This document shows, in pieces, positions 1-15,000 of a DNA stretch of 64,000 nt. The position numbers and the translations under genes were made by a program. The first letter of the stretch is position 1. The number at the start of each line of letters is the position of its first letter. The notes under the pieces are model-generated. The model made no database searches, was not told where the DNA came from, and saw only the letters and a list, made by a program, of their open reading frames with translations. Origin of the DNA: Yuukianura sp. NJ FZ-2021 (Eukaryota); assembly GCA_046563655.1 (NCBI GenBank), contig JAJCTO010000010.1:62001-126000 (forward strand). The letters run 5' to 3'.

Positions 1-3000
1 GGTGTCAGGGATAACGTTTTGAATGCTGCAATGTGGCACTTACAATATATCGCAATTCAGGCAGGCGAGAGCCCCATGATACATAAGTTTTTGGGTTCAC
101 AACTGCGATTAAAAAAACACGAGTTCTAGTTTGTGTTGGAAATTTGCCATATTTCACTGATTACATAGCATGACGTTGCTTCTTACATAAGACTGTAACT
201 GCCGGAAAATCGACGCATTGATTCGCTTTCGAAGTACCACAAATGCTTTTAAAGACCTGTCAAACACACAACACAAAACGGTGTCAGGGATAACGTTTTG
301 AATGCTGCAATGTGGCACTTACAATATATCGCAATTCAGGCAGGCGAGAGCCCCATGATACATAAGTTTTTGGGTTCACAACTGCGATTAAAAAAACACG
401 AGTTCTAGTTTGTGTTGGAAATTTGCCATATTTCACTGATTACATAGCATGACGTTGCTTCTTACATAAGACTGTAACTGCCGGAAAATCGACGCATTGA
501 TTCGCTTTCGAAGTACCACAAATGCTTTTAAAGACCTATCACACACACAACACCAAACGGTGTCAGGGATAACGTTTTGAATGCTGCAATGTGGCACTTA
601 CAATATATCGCAATTCAGGCAGGCGAGAGCCCCATGATACATAAGTTTTTGGGTTCACAACTGCGATTAAAAAAACACGAGTTCTAGTTTGTGTTGGAAA
701 TTTGCCATATTTCACTGATTACATAGCATGACGTTGCTTCTTACATAAGACTGTAACTGCACGAAAATCGACGCATTGAGTCACTTTCGAAGTACCACAA
801 ATGCTTTTAAAGACCTGTCAAACACACAACACCAAACGGTTTCAGGGATAACGTTTGAATGCTGCAATGTGGCACTTACAATATATCGCAATTCAGGCAG
901 GCGAGAGCCCCATGATACATAAGTTTTTGGGTTCACAACTGCGATTAAAAAACACGAGCTCTAGTTTGTGTTGGAAATTTGAAATATTTCACGGATTACA
1001 TGGCATGACGTTGCTTCTTACATAAGACTGAAACAGCACGAAAATCGACGCATTGATTCACTTTGAAGTACCACAAATGCTTTTAAAGACCTGTCAAACA
1101 CACAACACAAAACGGTTTCAGGGATAACGTTTTGAATGCTGCAATGTGGCACTTACAATATATCGCAATTCAGGCAGGCGAGAGCCCCATGATACATAAG
1201 TTTTTGGGTTCACAACTGCGATTAAAAAAACACGAGTTCTAGTTTGTGTTGGAAATTTGCCATATTTCACTGATTACATAGCATGACGTTGCTTCTTACA
1301 TAAGACTGTAACTGCCGGAAAATCGACGCATTGATTCGCTTTCGAAGTACCACAAATGCTTTTAAAGACCTGTCAAACACACAACACAAAACGGTGTCAG
1401 GGATAACGTTTTGAATGCTGCAATGTGGCACTTACAATATATCGCAATTCAGGCAGGCGAGAGCCCCATGATACATAAGTTTTTGGGTTCACAACTGCGA
1501 TTAAAAAACACGAGTTCTAGTTTGTGTTGGAAATTTGCCATATTTCACTGATTACATAGCATGGCGTTGCTTCTTACATAAGACTGTAACTGCCGGAAAA
1601 TCGACGCATTGATTCGCTTTCGAAGTACCACAAATGCTTTTAAAGACCTGTCAAACACACAACACCAAACGGTTTCAGGGATAACGTTTTGAATGCTGCA
1701 ATGTGGCACTTACAATACATCGCAATTCAGGCAGGCGAGAGCCCCATGATACATAAGTTTTTGGGTTCACAACTGCGATTAAAAAACCACGAGTTCTAGT
1801 TTGTGTTGGAAATTTGCCATATTTCACTGATTACATAGCATGACGTTGCTTCTTACATAAGACTGTAACTGCCGGAAAATCGACGCATTGATTCGCTTTC
1901 GAAGTACCACAAATGCTTTTAAAGACCTGTCAAACACACAACACAAAACGGTGTCAGGGATAACGTTTTGAATGCTGCAATGTGGCACTTACAATATATC
2001 GCAATTCAGGCAGGCGAGAGCCCCATGATACATAAGTTTTTGGGTTCACAACTGCGATTAAAAAACACGAGTTCTAGTTTGTGTTGGAAATTTGCCATAT
2101 TTCACTGATTACATAGCATGACGTTGCTTCTTACATAAGACTGTAACTGCCGGAAAATCGACGCATTGATTCGCTTTCGAAGTACCACAAATGCTTTTAA
2201 AGACCTGTCAAACACACAACACAAAACGGTGTCAGGGATAACGTTTTGAATGCTGCAATGTGGCACTTACAATATATCGCAATTCAGGCAGGCGAGAGCC
2301 CCATGATACATAAGTTTTTGGGTTCACAACTGCGATTAAAAAAACACGAGTTCTAGTTTGTGTTGGAAATTTGCCATATTTCACTGATTACATAGCATGA
2401 CGTTGCTTCTTACATAAGACTGTAACTGCCGGAAAATCGACGCATTGATTCGCTTTCGAAGTACCACAAATGCTTTTAAAGACCTGTCAAACACACAACA
2501 CCAAACGGTTTCAGGGATAACGTTTTGAATGCTGCAATGTGGCACTTACAATATATCGCAATTCAGGCAGGCGAGAGCCCCATGATACATAAGTTTTTGG
2601 GTTCACAACTGCGATTAAAAAAACACAAGTTCTAGTTTGTGTTGGAAATTTGCAATATTTCACGGATTACATGACATGACGTTGCTTCTTACATAAGACT
2701 GAAACAGCACGAAAATCGACGCATTGATTCACTTTGAAGTACCACAAATGCTTTTAAAGACCTGTCAAACACACAACACCAAACGGTTTCAGGGATAACG
2801 TTTTGAATGCTGCAATGTGGCACTTACAATATATCGCAATTCAGGCAGGCGAGAGCCCCATGATACATAAGTTTTTGGGTTCACAACTGCGATTAAAAAA
2901 ACACGAGTTCTAGTTTGTGTTGGAAATTTGCCATATTTCACTGATTACATAGCATGACGTTGCTTCTTACATAAGACTGTAACTGCCGGAAAATCGACGC

Positions 3001-6000
3001 ATTGATTCGCTTTCGAAGTACCACAAATGCTTTTAAAGACCTGTCAAACACACAACACAAAACGGTGTCAGGGATAACGTTTTGAATGCTGCAATGTGGC
3101 ACTTACAATATATCGCAATTCAGGCAGGCGAGAGCCCCATGATACATAAGTTTTTGGGTTCACAACTGCGATTAAAAAAACACGAGTTCTAGTTTGTGTT
3201 GGAAATTTGCCATATTTCACTGATTACATAGCATGACGTTGCTTCTTACATAAGACTGTAACTGCCGGAAAATCGACGCATTGATTCGCTTTCGAAGTAC
3301 CACAAATGCTTTTAAAGACCTGTCAAACACACAACACAAAACGGTGTCAGGGATAACGTTTTGAATGCTGCAATGTGGCACTTACAATATATCGCAATTC
3401 AGGCAGGCGAGAGCCCCATGATACATAAGTTTTTGGGTTCACAACTGCGATTAAAAAAACACGAGTTCTAGTTTGTGTTGGAAATTTGCCATATTTCACT
3501 GATTACATAGCATGACGTTGCTTCTTACATAAGACTGTAACTGCCGGAAAATCGACGCATTGATTCGCTTTCGAAGTACCACAAATGCTTTTAAAGACCT
3601 GTCAAACACACAACACCAAAACGGTGTCAGGGATAACGTTTTGAATGCTGCAATGTGGCACTTACAATATATCGCAATTCAGGCAGGCGAGAGCCCCATG
3701 ATACATAAGTTTTTGGGTTCACAACTGCGATTAAAAAACACGAGTTCTAGTTTGTGTTGGAAATTTGCCATATTTCACTGATTACATAGCATGACGTTGC
3801 TTCTTACATAAGACTGTAACTGCCGGAAAATCGACGCATTGATTCGCTTTCGAAGTACCACAAATGCTTTTAAAGACCTGTCAAACACACAACACAAAAC
3901 GGTTTCAGGGATAACGTTTTGAATGCTGCAATGTGGCACTTACAATATATCGCAATTCAGGCAGGCGAGAGCCCCATGATACATAAGTTTTTGGGTTCAC
4001 AACTGCGATTAAAAAACACGAGTTCTAGTTTGTGTTGGAAATTTGCCATATTTCACTGATTACATAGCATGACGTTGCTTCTTACATAAGACTGAAACAG
4101 CACGAAAATCGACGCATTGATTCACTTTCGAAGTACCACAAATGCTTTTAAAGACCTGTCAAACACACAACACCAAACGGTTTCAGGGATAACGTTTGAA
4201 TGCTGCAATGTGGCACTTACAATATATCGCAATTCAGGCAGGCGAGAGCCCCATGATACATAAGTTTTTGGGTTCACAACTGCGATTAAAAAAACACGAG
4301 TTCTAGTTTGTGTTGGAAATTTGCCATATTTCACTGATTACATAGCATGACGTTGCTTCTTACATAAGACTGTAACTGCCGGAAAATCGACGCATTGATT
4401 CGCTTTCGAAGTACCACAAATGCTTTTAAAGACCTGTCAAACACACAACACAAAACGGTGTCAGGGATAACGTTTTGAATGCTGCAATGTGGCACTTACA
4501 ATATATCGCAATTCAGGCAGGCGAGAGCCCCATGATACATAAGTTTTTGGGTTCACAACTGCGATTAAAAAAACACGAGTTCTAGTTTGTGTTGGAAATT
4601 TGCCATATTTCACTGATTACATAGCATGACGTTGCTTCTTACATAAGACTGTAACTGCCGGAAAATCGACGCATTGATTCGCTTTCGAAGTACCACAAAT
4701 GCTTTTAAAGACCTGTCAAACACACAACACAAAACGGTGTCAGGGATAACGTTTTGAATGCTGCAATGTGGCACTTACAATATATCGCAATTCAGGCAGG
4801 CGAGAGCCCCATGATACATAAGTTTTTGGGTTCACAACTGCGATTAAAAAAACACGAGTTCTAGTTTGTGTTGGAAATTTGCCATATTTCACTGATTACA
4901 TAGCATGACGTTGCTTCTTACATAAGACTGTAACTGCCGGAAAATCGACGCATTGATTCGCTTTCGAAGTACCACAAATGCTTTTAAAGACCTGTCAAAC
5001 ACACAACACCAAACGGTTTCAGGGATAACGTTTTGAATGCTGCAATGTGGCACTTACAATATATCGCAATTCAGGCAGGCGAGAGCCCCATGATACATAA
5101 GTTTTTGGGTTCACAACTGCGATTAAAAAAACACGAGTTCTAGTTTGTGTTGGAAATTTGCCATATTTCACTGATTACATAGCATGACGTTGCTTCTTAC
5201 ATAAGACTGTAACTGCCGGAAAATCGACGCATTGATTCGCTTTCGAAGTACCACAAATGCTTTTAAAGACCTGTCAAACACACAACACAAAACGGTGTCA
5301 GGGATAACGTTTTGAATGCTGCAATGTGGCACTTACAATATATCGCAATTCAGGCAGGCGAGAGCCCCATGATACATAAGTTTTTGGGTTCACAACTGCG
5401 ATTAAAAAAACACGAGTTCTAGTTTGTGTTGGAAATTTGCCATATTTCACTGATTACATAGCATGACGTTGCTTCTTACATAAGACTGTAACTGCCGGAA
5501 AATCGACGCATTGATTCGCTTTCGAAGTACCACAAATGCTTTTAAAGACCTGTCAAACACACAACACCAAAACGGTTTCAGGGATAACGTTTTGAATGCT
5601 GCAATGTGGCACTTACAATATATCGCAATTCAGGCAGGCGAGAGCCCCATGATACATAAGTTTTTGGGTTCACAACTGCGATTAAAAAAACACGAGTTCT
5701 AGTTTGTGTTGGAAATTTGCCATATTTCACTGATTACATAGCATGACGTTGCTTCTTACATAAGACTGTAACTGCCGGAAAATCGACGCATTGATTCGCT
5801 TTCGAAGTACCACAAATGCTTTTAAAGACCTGTCAAACACACAACACCAAAACGGTTTCAGGGATAACGTTTTGAATGCTGCAATGTGGCACTTACAATA
5901 TATCGCAATTCAGGCAGGCGAGAGCCCCATGATACATAAGTTTTTGGGTTCACAACTGCGATTAAAAAACACGAGTTCTAGTTTGTGTTGGAAATTTGCC

Positions 6001-9000
6001 ATATTTCACTGATTACATAGCATGACGTTGCTTCTTACATAAGACTGTAACTGCCGGAAAATCGACGCATTGATTCGCTTTCGAAGTACCACAAATGCTT
6101 TTAAAGACCTGTCAAACACACAACACCAAACGGTGTCAGGGATAACGTTTTGAATGCTGCAATGTGGCACTTACAATATATCGCAATTCAGGCAGGCGAG
6201 AGCCCCATGATACATAAGTTTTTGGGTTCACAACTGCGATTAAAAAAACACGAGTTCTAGTTTGTATTGGAAATTTGCCATATTTCACTGATTACATGAC
6301 ATGACGTTGCTTCTTACATAAGACTGAAACAGCACGAAAATCGACGCATTGATTCACTTTGAAGTACCACAAATGCTTTTAAAGACCTGTCAAACACACA
6401 ACACCAAACGGTTTCAGGGATAACGTTTGAATGCTGCAATGTGGCACTTACAATATATCGCAATTCAGGCAGGCGAGAGCCCCATGATACATAAGTTTTT
6501 GGGTTCACAACTGCGATATAAAAAACACGAGTTCTAGTTTGTGTTGGAAATTTGCCATATTTCACTGATTACATAGCATGACGTTGCTTCTTACATAAGA
6601 CTGTAACTGCCGGAAAATCGACGCATTGATTCGCTTTCGAAGTACCACAAATGCTTTTAAAGACCTGTCAAACACACAACACCAAACGGTTTCAGGGATA
6701 ACGTTTTGAATGCTGCAATGTGGCACTTACAATATATCGCAATTCAGGCAGGCGAGAGCCCCATGATACATAAGTTTTTGGGTTCACAACTGCGATTAAA
6801 AAAACACGAGTTCTAGTTTGTGTTGGAAATTTGCCATATTTCACTGATTACATAGCATGACGTTGCTTCTTACATAAGACTGTAACTGCCGGAAAATCGA
6901 CGCATTGATTCGCTTTCGAAGTACCACAAATGCTTTTAAAGACCTGTCAAACACACAACACCAAACGGTTTCAGGGATAACGTTTTGAATGCTGCAATGT
7001 GGCACTTACAATATATCGCAATTCAGGCAGGCGAGAGCCCCATGATACATAAGTTTTTGGGTTCACAACTGCGATTAAAAAAACACGAGTTCTAGTTTGT
7101 GTTGGAAATTTGCCATATTTCACTGATTACATAGCATGACGTTGCTTCTTACATAAGACTGAAACAGCGCAAAAATCGACGCATTGATTCGCTTTGAAGT
7201 ACCACAAATGCTTTTAAAGACCTGTCAAAAACACAACACCAAACGGTTTCACGGATAACGTTTTGAATGCTGCAATGTGGCACTTACAATATATCGCAAT
7301 TCAGGCAGGCGAGAGCCCCATGATACATAAGTTTTTGGGTTCACAACTGCGATTAAAAAAACACGAGTTCTAGTTTGTGTTGGAAATTTGCCATATTTCA
7401 CTGATTACATAGCATGACGTTGCTTCTTACATAAGACTGTAACTGCCGGAAAATCGACGCATTGATTCGCTTTCGAAGTACCACAAATGCTTTTAAAGAC
7501 CTGTCAAACACACAACACAAAACGGTGTCAGGGATAACGTTTTGAATGCTGCAATGTGGCACTTACAATATATCGCAATTCAGGCAGGCGAGAGCCCCAT
7601 GATACATAAGTTTTTGGGTTCACAACTGCGATTAAAAAACACGAGTTCTAGTTTGTGTTGGAAATTTGCCATATTTCACTGATTACATAGCATGACGTTG
7701 CTTCTTACATAAGACTGTAACTGCCGGAAAATCGACGCATTGATTCGCTTTCGAAGTACCACAAATGCTTTTAAAGACCTGTCAAACACACAACACAAAA
7801 CGGTGTCAGGGATAACGTTTTGAATGCTGCAATGTGGCACTTACAATATATCGCAATTCAGGCAGGCGAGAGCCCCATGATACATAAGTTTTTGGGTTCA
7901 CAACTGCGATTAAAAAAACACGAGTTCTAGTTTGTGTTGGAAATTTGCCATATTTCACTGATTACATAGCATGACGTTGCTTCTTACATAAGACTGTAAC
8001 TGCCGGAAAATCGACGCATTGATTCGCTTTCGAAGTACCACAAATGCTTTTAAAGACCTGTCAAACACACAACACCAAACGGTGTCAGGGATAACGTTTT
8101 GAATGCTGCAATGTGGCACTTACAATATATCGCAATTCAGGCAGGCGAGAGCCCCATGATACATAAGTTTTTGGGTTCACAACTGCGATTAAAAAAACAC
8201 GAGTTCTAGTTTGTGTTGGAAATTTGCCATATTTCACTGATTACATAGCATGACGTTGCTTCTTACATAAGACTGTAACTGCCGGAAAATCGACGCATTG
8301 ATTCGCTTTCGAAGTACCACAAATGCTTTTAAAGACCTGTCAAACACACAACACAAAACGGTGTCAGGGATAACGTTTTGAATGCTGCAATGTGGCACTT
8401 ACAATATATCGCAATTCAGGCAGGCGAGAGCCCCATGATACATAAGTTTTTGGGTTCACAACTGCGATTAAAAAAACACGAGTTCTAGTTTGTGTTGGAA
8501 ATTTGCCATATTTCACTGATTACATAGCATGACGTTGCTTCTTACATAAGACTGTAACTGCCGGAAAATCGACGCATTGATTCGCTTTCGAAGTACCACA
8601 AATGCTTTTAAAGACCTGTCAAACACACAACACAAAACGGTTTCAGGGATAACGTTTTGAATGCTGCAATGTGGCACTTACAATATATCGCAATTCAGGC
8701 AGGCGAGAGCCCCATGATACATAAGTTTTTGGGTTCACAACTGCGATTAAAAAAACACGAGTTCTAGTTTGTGTTGGAAATTTGCCATATTTCACTGATT
8801 ACATAGCATGACGTTGCTTCTTACATAAGACTGTAACTGCCGGAAAATCGACGCATTGATTCGCTTTCGAAGTACCACAAATGCTTTTAAAGACCTGTCA
8901 AACACACAACACAAAACGGTGTCAGGGATAACGTTTTGAATGCTGCAATGTGGCACTTACAATATATCGCAATTCAGGCAGGCGAGAGCCCCATGATACA

Positions 9001-12000
9001 TAAGTTTTTGGGTTCACAACTGCGATTAAAAAAACACGAGTTCTAGTTTGTGTTGGAAATTTGCCATATTTCACTGATTACATAGCATGACGTTGCTTCT
9101 TACATAAGACTGAAACAGCACGAAAATCGACGCATTGATTCGCTTTCGAAGTACCACAAATGCTTTTAAAGACCTGTCAAACACACAACACAAAACGGTG
9201 TCAGGGATAACGTTTTGAATGCTGCAATGTGGCACTTACAATATATCGCAATTCAGGCAGGCGAGAGCCCCATGATACATAAGTTTTTGGGTTCACAACT
9301 GCGATTAAAAAAACACGAGTTCTAGTTTGTGTTGGAAATTTGCCATATTTCACTGATTACATAGCATGACGTTGCTTCTTACATAAGACTGTAACTGCCG
9401 GAAAATCGACGCATTGATTCGCTTTCGAAGTACCACAAATGCTTTTAAAGACCTGTCAAACACACAACACAAAACGGTGTCAGGGATAACGTTTTGAATG
9501 CTGCAATGTGGCACTTACAATATATCGCAATTCAGGCAGGCGAGAGCCCCATGATACATAAGTTTTTGGGTTCACAACTGCGATTAAAAAACCACGAGTT
9601 CTAGTTTGTGTTGGAAATTTGCCATATTTCACTGATTACATAGCATGACGTTGCTTCTTACATAAGACTGTAACTGCCGGAAAATCGACGCATTGATTCG
9701 CTTTCGAAGTACCACAAATGCTTTTAAAGACCTGTCAAACACACAACACAAAACGGTGTCAGGGATAACGTTTTGAATGCTGCAATGTGGCACTTACAAT
9801 ATATCGCAATTCAGGCAGGCGAGAGCCCCATGATACATAAGTTTTTGGGTTCACAACTGCGATTAAAAAAACACGAGTTCTAGTTTGTGTTGGAAATTTG
9901 CCATATTTCACTGATTACATAGCATGACGTTGCTTCTTACATAAGACTGTAACTGCCGGAAAATCGACGCATTGATTCGCTTTCGAAGTACCACAAATGC
10001 TTTTAAAGACCTGTCAAACACACAACACAAAACGGTGTCAGGGATAACGTTTTGAATGCTGCAATGTGGCACTTACAATATATCGCAATTCAGGCAGGCG
10101 AGAGCCCCATGATACATAAGTTTTTGGGTTCACAACTGCAATCAAAAAAACACGAGCTCTAGATTGTGTTGGAAATTTGAAATATTTCACGGATTACATG
10201 GCATGACGTTGGTTCTTACATAAAACTGAAACAGCACGAAAATCGACGCATTGATTCACTTTGAAGTACCACAAATGCTTTTAAAGACCTGTAAAATACA
10301 CAACACCAAACGGTTTCACGGATAACGTTTTGAATGCTGCAATGTGGCACTTACAATATATCGCAATTCAGGCAGGCGAGAGCCCCATGATACATAAGTT
10401 TTTGGGTTCACAACTGCGATTAAAAAAACACGAGTTCTAGTTTGTATTGGAAATTTGCCATATTTCACTGATTACATAGCATGACGTTGCTTCTTACATA
10501 AGACTGTAACTGCCGGAAAATCGACGCATTGATTCGCTTTCGAAGTACCACAAATGCTTTTAAAGACCTGTCAAACACACAACACAAAACGGTGTCAGGG
10601 ATAACGTTTTGAATGCTGCAATGTGGCACTTACAATATATCGCAATTCAGGCAGGCGAGAGCCCCATGATACATAAGTTTTTGGGTTCACAACTGCGATT
10701 AAAAAAACACAAGTTCTAGTTTGTGTTGGAAATTTGCAATATTTCACTGATTACATGACATGACGTTGCTTCTTACATAAGACTGAAACAGCACGAAAAT
10801 CGACGCATTGATTCACTTTGAAGTACCACAAATGCTTTTAAAGACCTGTCAAACACACAACACCAAACGGTTTCAGGGATAACGTTTTGAATGCTGCAAT
10901 GTGGCACTTACAATATATCGCAATTCAGGCAGGCGAGAGCCCCATGATACATAAGTTTTTGGGTTCACAACTGCGATTAAAAAAACACGAGTTCTAGTTT
11001 GTGTTGGAAATTTGCCATATTTCACTGATTACATAGCATGACGTTGCTTCTTACATAAGACTGTAACTGCCGGAAAATCGACGCATTGATTCGCTTTCGA
11101 AGTACCACAAATGCTTTTAAAGACCTGTCAAACACACAACACAAAACGGTGTCAGGGATAACGTTTTGAATGCTGCAATGTGGCACTTACAATATATCGC
11201 AATTCAGGCAGGCGAGAGCCCCATGATACATAAGTTTTTGGGTTCACAACTGCGATTAAAAAAACACGAGTTCTAGTTTGTGTTGGAAATTTGCCATATT
11301 TCACTGATTACATAGCATGACGTTGCTTCTTACATAAGACTGTAACTGCCGGAAAATCGACGCATTGATTCGCTTTCGAAGTACCACAAATGCTTTTAAA
11401 GACCTGTCAAACACACAACACAAAACGGTGTCAGGGATAACGTTTTGAATGCTGCAATGTGGCACTTACAATATATCGCAATTCAGGCAGGCGAGAGCCC
11501 CATGATACATAAGTTTTTGGGTTCACAACTGCGATTAAAAAAACACGAGTTCTAGTTTGTATTGGAAATTTGCCATATTTCACTGATTACATAGCATGAC
11601 GTTGCTTCTTACATAAGACTGTAACTGCCGGAAAATCGACGCATTGATTCGCTTTCGAAGTACCACAAATGCTTTTAAAGACCTGTCAAACACACAACAC
11701 AAAACGGTGTCAGGGATAACGTTTTGAATGCTGCAATGTGGCACTTACAATATATCGCAATTCAGGCAGGCGAGAGCCCCATGATACATAAGTTTTTGGG
11801 TTCACAACTGCGATTAAAAAACACGAGTTCTAGTTTGTGTTGGAAATTTGCCATATTTCACTGATTACATAGCATGACGTTGCTTCTTACATAAGACTGT
11901 AACTGCCGGAAAATCGACGCATTGATTCGCTTTCGAAGTACCACAAATGCTTTTAAAGACCTGTCAAACACACAACACCAAAACGGTTTCAGGGATAACG

Positions 12001-15000
12001 TTTTGAATGCTGCAATGTGGCACTTACAATATATCGCAATTCAGGCAGGCGAGAGCCCCATGATACATAAGTTTTTGGGTTCACAACTGCGATTAAAAAA
12101 ACACGAGTTCTAGTTTGTGTTGGAAATTTGCCATATTTCACTGATTACATAGCATGACGTTGCTTCTTACATAAGACTGTAACTGCCGGAAAATCGACGC
12201 ATTGATTCGCTTTCGAAGTACCACAAATGCTTTTAAAGACCTGTCAAACACACAACACAAAACGGTGTCAGGGATAACGTTTTGAATGCTGCAATGTGGC
12301 ACTTACAATATATCGCAATTCAGGCAGGCGAGAGCCCCATGATACATAAGTTTTTGGGTTCACAACTGCGATTAAAAAAAACGAGTTCTAGTTTGTATTG
12401 GAAATTTGCCATATTTCACTGATTACATAGCATGACGTTGCTTCTTACATAAGACTGTAACTGCCGGAAAATCGACGCATTGATTCGCTTTCGAAGTACC
12501 ACAAATGCTTTTAAAGACCTGTCAAACACACAACACAAAACGGTGTCAGGGATAACGTTTTGAATGCTGCAATGTGGCACTTACAATATATCGCAATTCA
12601 GGCAGGCGAGAGCCCCATGATACATAAGTTTTTGGGTTCACAACTGCGATTAAAAAAACACGAGTTCTAGTTTGTGTTGGAAATTTGCCATATTTCACTG
12701 ATTACATAGCATGACGTTGCTTCTTACATAAGACTGTAACTGCCGGAAAATCGACGCATTGATTCGCTTTCGAAGTACCACAAATGCTTTTAAAGACCTG
12801 TCAAACACACAACACAAAACGGTGTCAGGGATAACGTTTTGAATGCTGCAATGTGGCACTTACAATATATCGCAATTCAGGCAGGCGAGAGCCCCATGAT
12901 ACATAAGTTTTTGGGTTCACAACTGCGATTAAAAAAACACGAGTTCTAGTTTGTGTTGGAAATTTGCCATATTTCACTGATTACATAGCATGACGTTGCT
13001 TCTTACATAAGACTGTAACTGCCGGAAAATCGACGCATTGATTCGCTTTCGAAGTACCACAAATGCTTTTAAAGACCTGTCAAACACACAACACAAAACG
13101 GTGTCAGGGATAACGTTTTGAATGCTGCAATGTGGCACTTACAATATATCGCAATTCAGGCAGGCGAGAGCCCCATGATACATAAGTTTTTGGGTTCACA
13201 ACTGCGATTAAAAAAACACGAGTTCTAGTTTGTGTTGGAAATTTGCCATATTTCACTGATTACATAGCATGGCGTTGCGTCTTACATAAGACTGAAACAG
13301 CACGAAAATCGACGCATTGAGTCACTTTCGAAGTACCACAAATGCTTTTAAAGACCTGTCAAACACACAACACCAAACGGTTTCAGGGATAACGTTTTGA
13401 ATGCTGCAATGTGGCACTTACAATACATCGCAATTCAGGCAGGCGAGAGCCCCATGATACATAAGTTTTTGGGTTCACAACTGCGATTAAAAAAACACGA
13501 GTTCTAGTTTGTGTTGGAAATTTGCCATATTTCACTGATTACATAGCATGACGTTGCTTCTTACATAAGACTGTAACTGCCGGAAAATCGACGCATTGAT
13601 TCGCTTTCGAAGTACCACAAATGCTTTTAAAGACCTGTCAAACACACAACACCAAAACGGTGTCAGGGATAACGTTTTGAATGCTGCAATGTGGCACTTA
13701 CAATATATCGCAATTCAGGCAGGCGAGAGCCCCATGATACATAAGTTTTTGGGTTCACAACTGCGATTAAAAAAACACGAGTTCTAGTTTGTGTTGGAAA
13801 TTTGCCATATTTCACTGATTACATAGCATGACGTTGCTTCTTACATAAGACTGTAACTGCCGGAAAATCGACGCATTGATTCGCTTTCGAAGTACCACAA
13901 ATGCTTTTAAAGACCTGTCAAACACACAACACAAAACGGTGTCAGGGATAACGTTTTGAATGCTGCAATGTGGCACTTACAATATATCGCAATTCAGGCA
14001 GGCGAGAGCCCCATGATACATAAGTTTTTGGGTTCACAACTGCGATTAAAAAAACACGAGTTCTAGTTTGTGTTGGAAATTTGCCATATTTCACTGATTA
14101 CATGGCATGACGTTGGTTCTTACATAAAACTGAAACAGCACGAAAATCGACGCATTGATTCACTTTGAAGTACCACAAATGCTTTTAAAGACCTGTCAAA
14201 AACACAACACAAAACGGTGTCAAGGATAACGTTTTGAATGCTGCATTACGGCACTTACAATATATCGCAATCCAGGCAGGCGAGAGCCCAATGATATATA
14301 AGTTTTTGGGTTCACAACTGCGATTAAAAAAACACGAGTTCTAGTTTGTGTTGGAAATTTGCCATATTTCACTGATTACATAGCATGACGTTGCTTCTTA
14401 CATAAGACTGTAACTGCCGGAAAATCGACGCATTGATTCGCTTTCGAAGTACCACAAATGCTTTTAAAGACCTGTCAAACACACAACACAAAACGGTGTC
14501 AGGGATAACGTTTTGAATGCTGCAATGTGGCACTTACAATATATCGCAATTCAGGCAGGCGAGAGCCCCATGATACATAAGTTTTTGGGTTCACAACTGC
14601 GATTAAAAAAACACGAGTTCTAGTTTGTGTTGGAAATTTGCCATATTTCACTGATTACATAGCATGACGTTGCTTCTTACATAAGACTGTAACTGCCGGA
14701 AAATCGACGCATTGATTCGCTTTCGAAGTACCACAAATGCTTTTAAAGACCTGTCAAACACACAACACAAAACGGTGTCAGGGATAACGTTTTGAATGCT
14801 GCAATGTGGCACTTACAATATATCGCAATTCAGGCAGGCGAGAGCCCCATGATACATAAGTTTTTGGGTTCACAACTGCGATTAAAAAAACACGAGTTCT
14901 AGTTTGTATTGGAAATTTGCCATATTTCACTGATTACATAGCATGACGTTGCTTCTTACATAAGACTGTAACTGCCGGAAAATCGACGCATTGATTCGCT

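Noticed and set aside
130..277. 9-bp inverted repeat TTTGTGTTG / CAACACAAA half a monomer apart
   Set aside because: It is short and low-complexity, and common variants (GTATTG, ACCAAA) break it without compensation.
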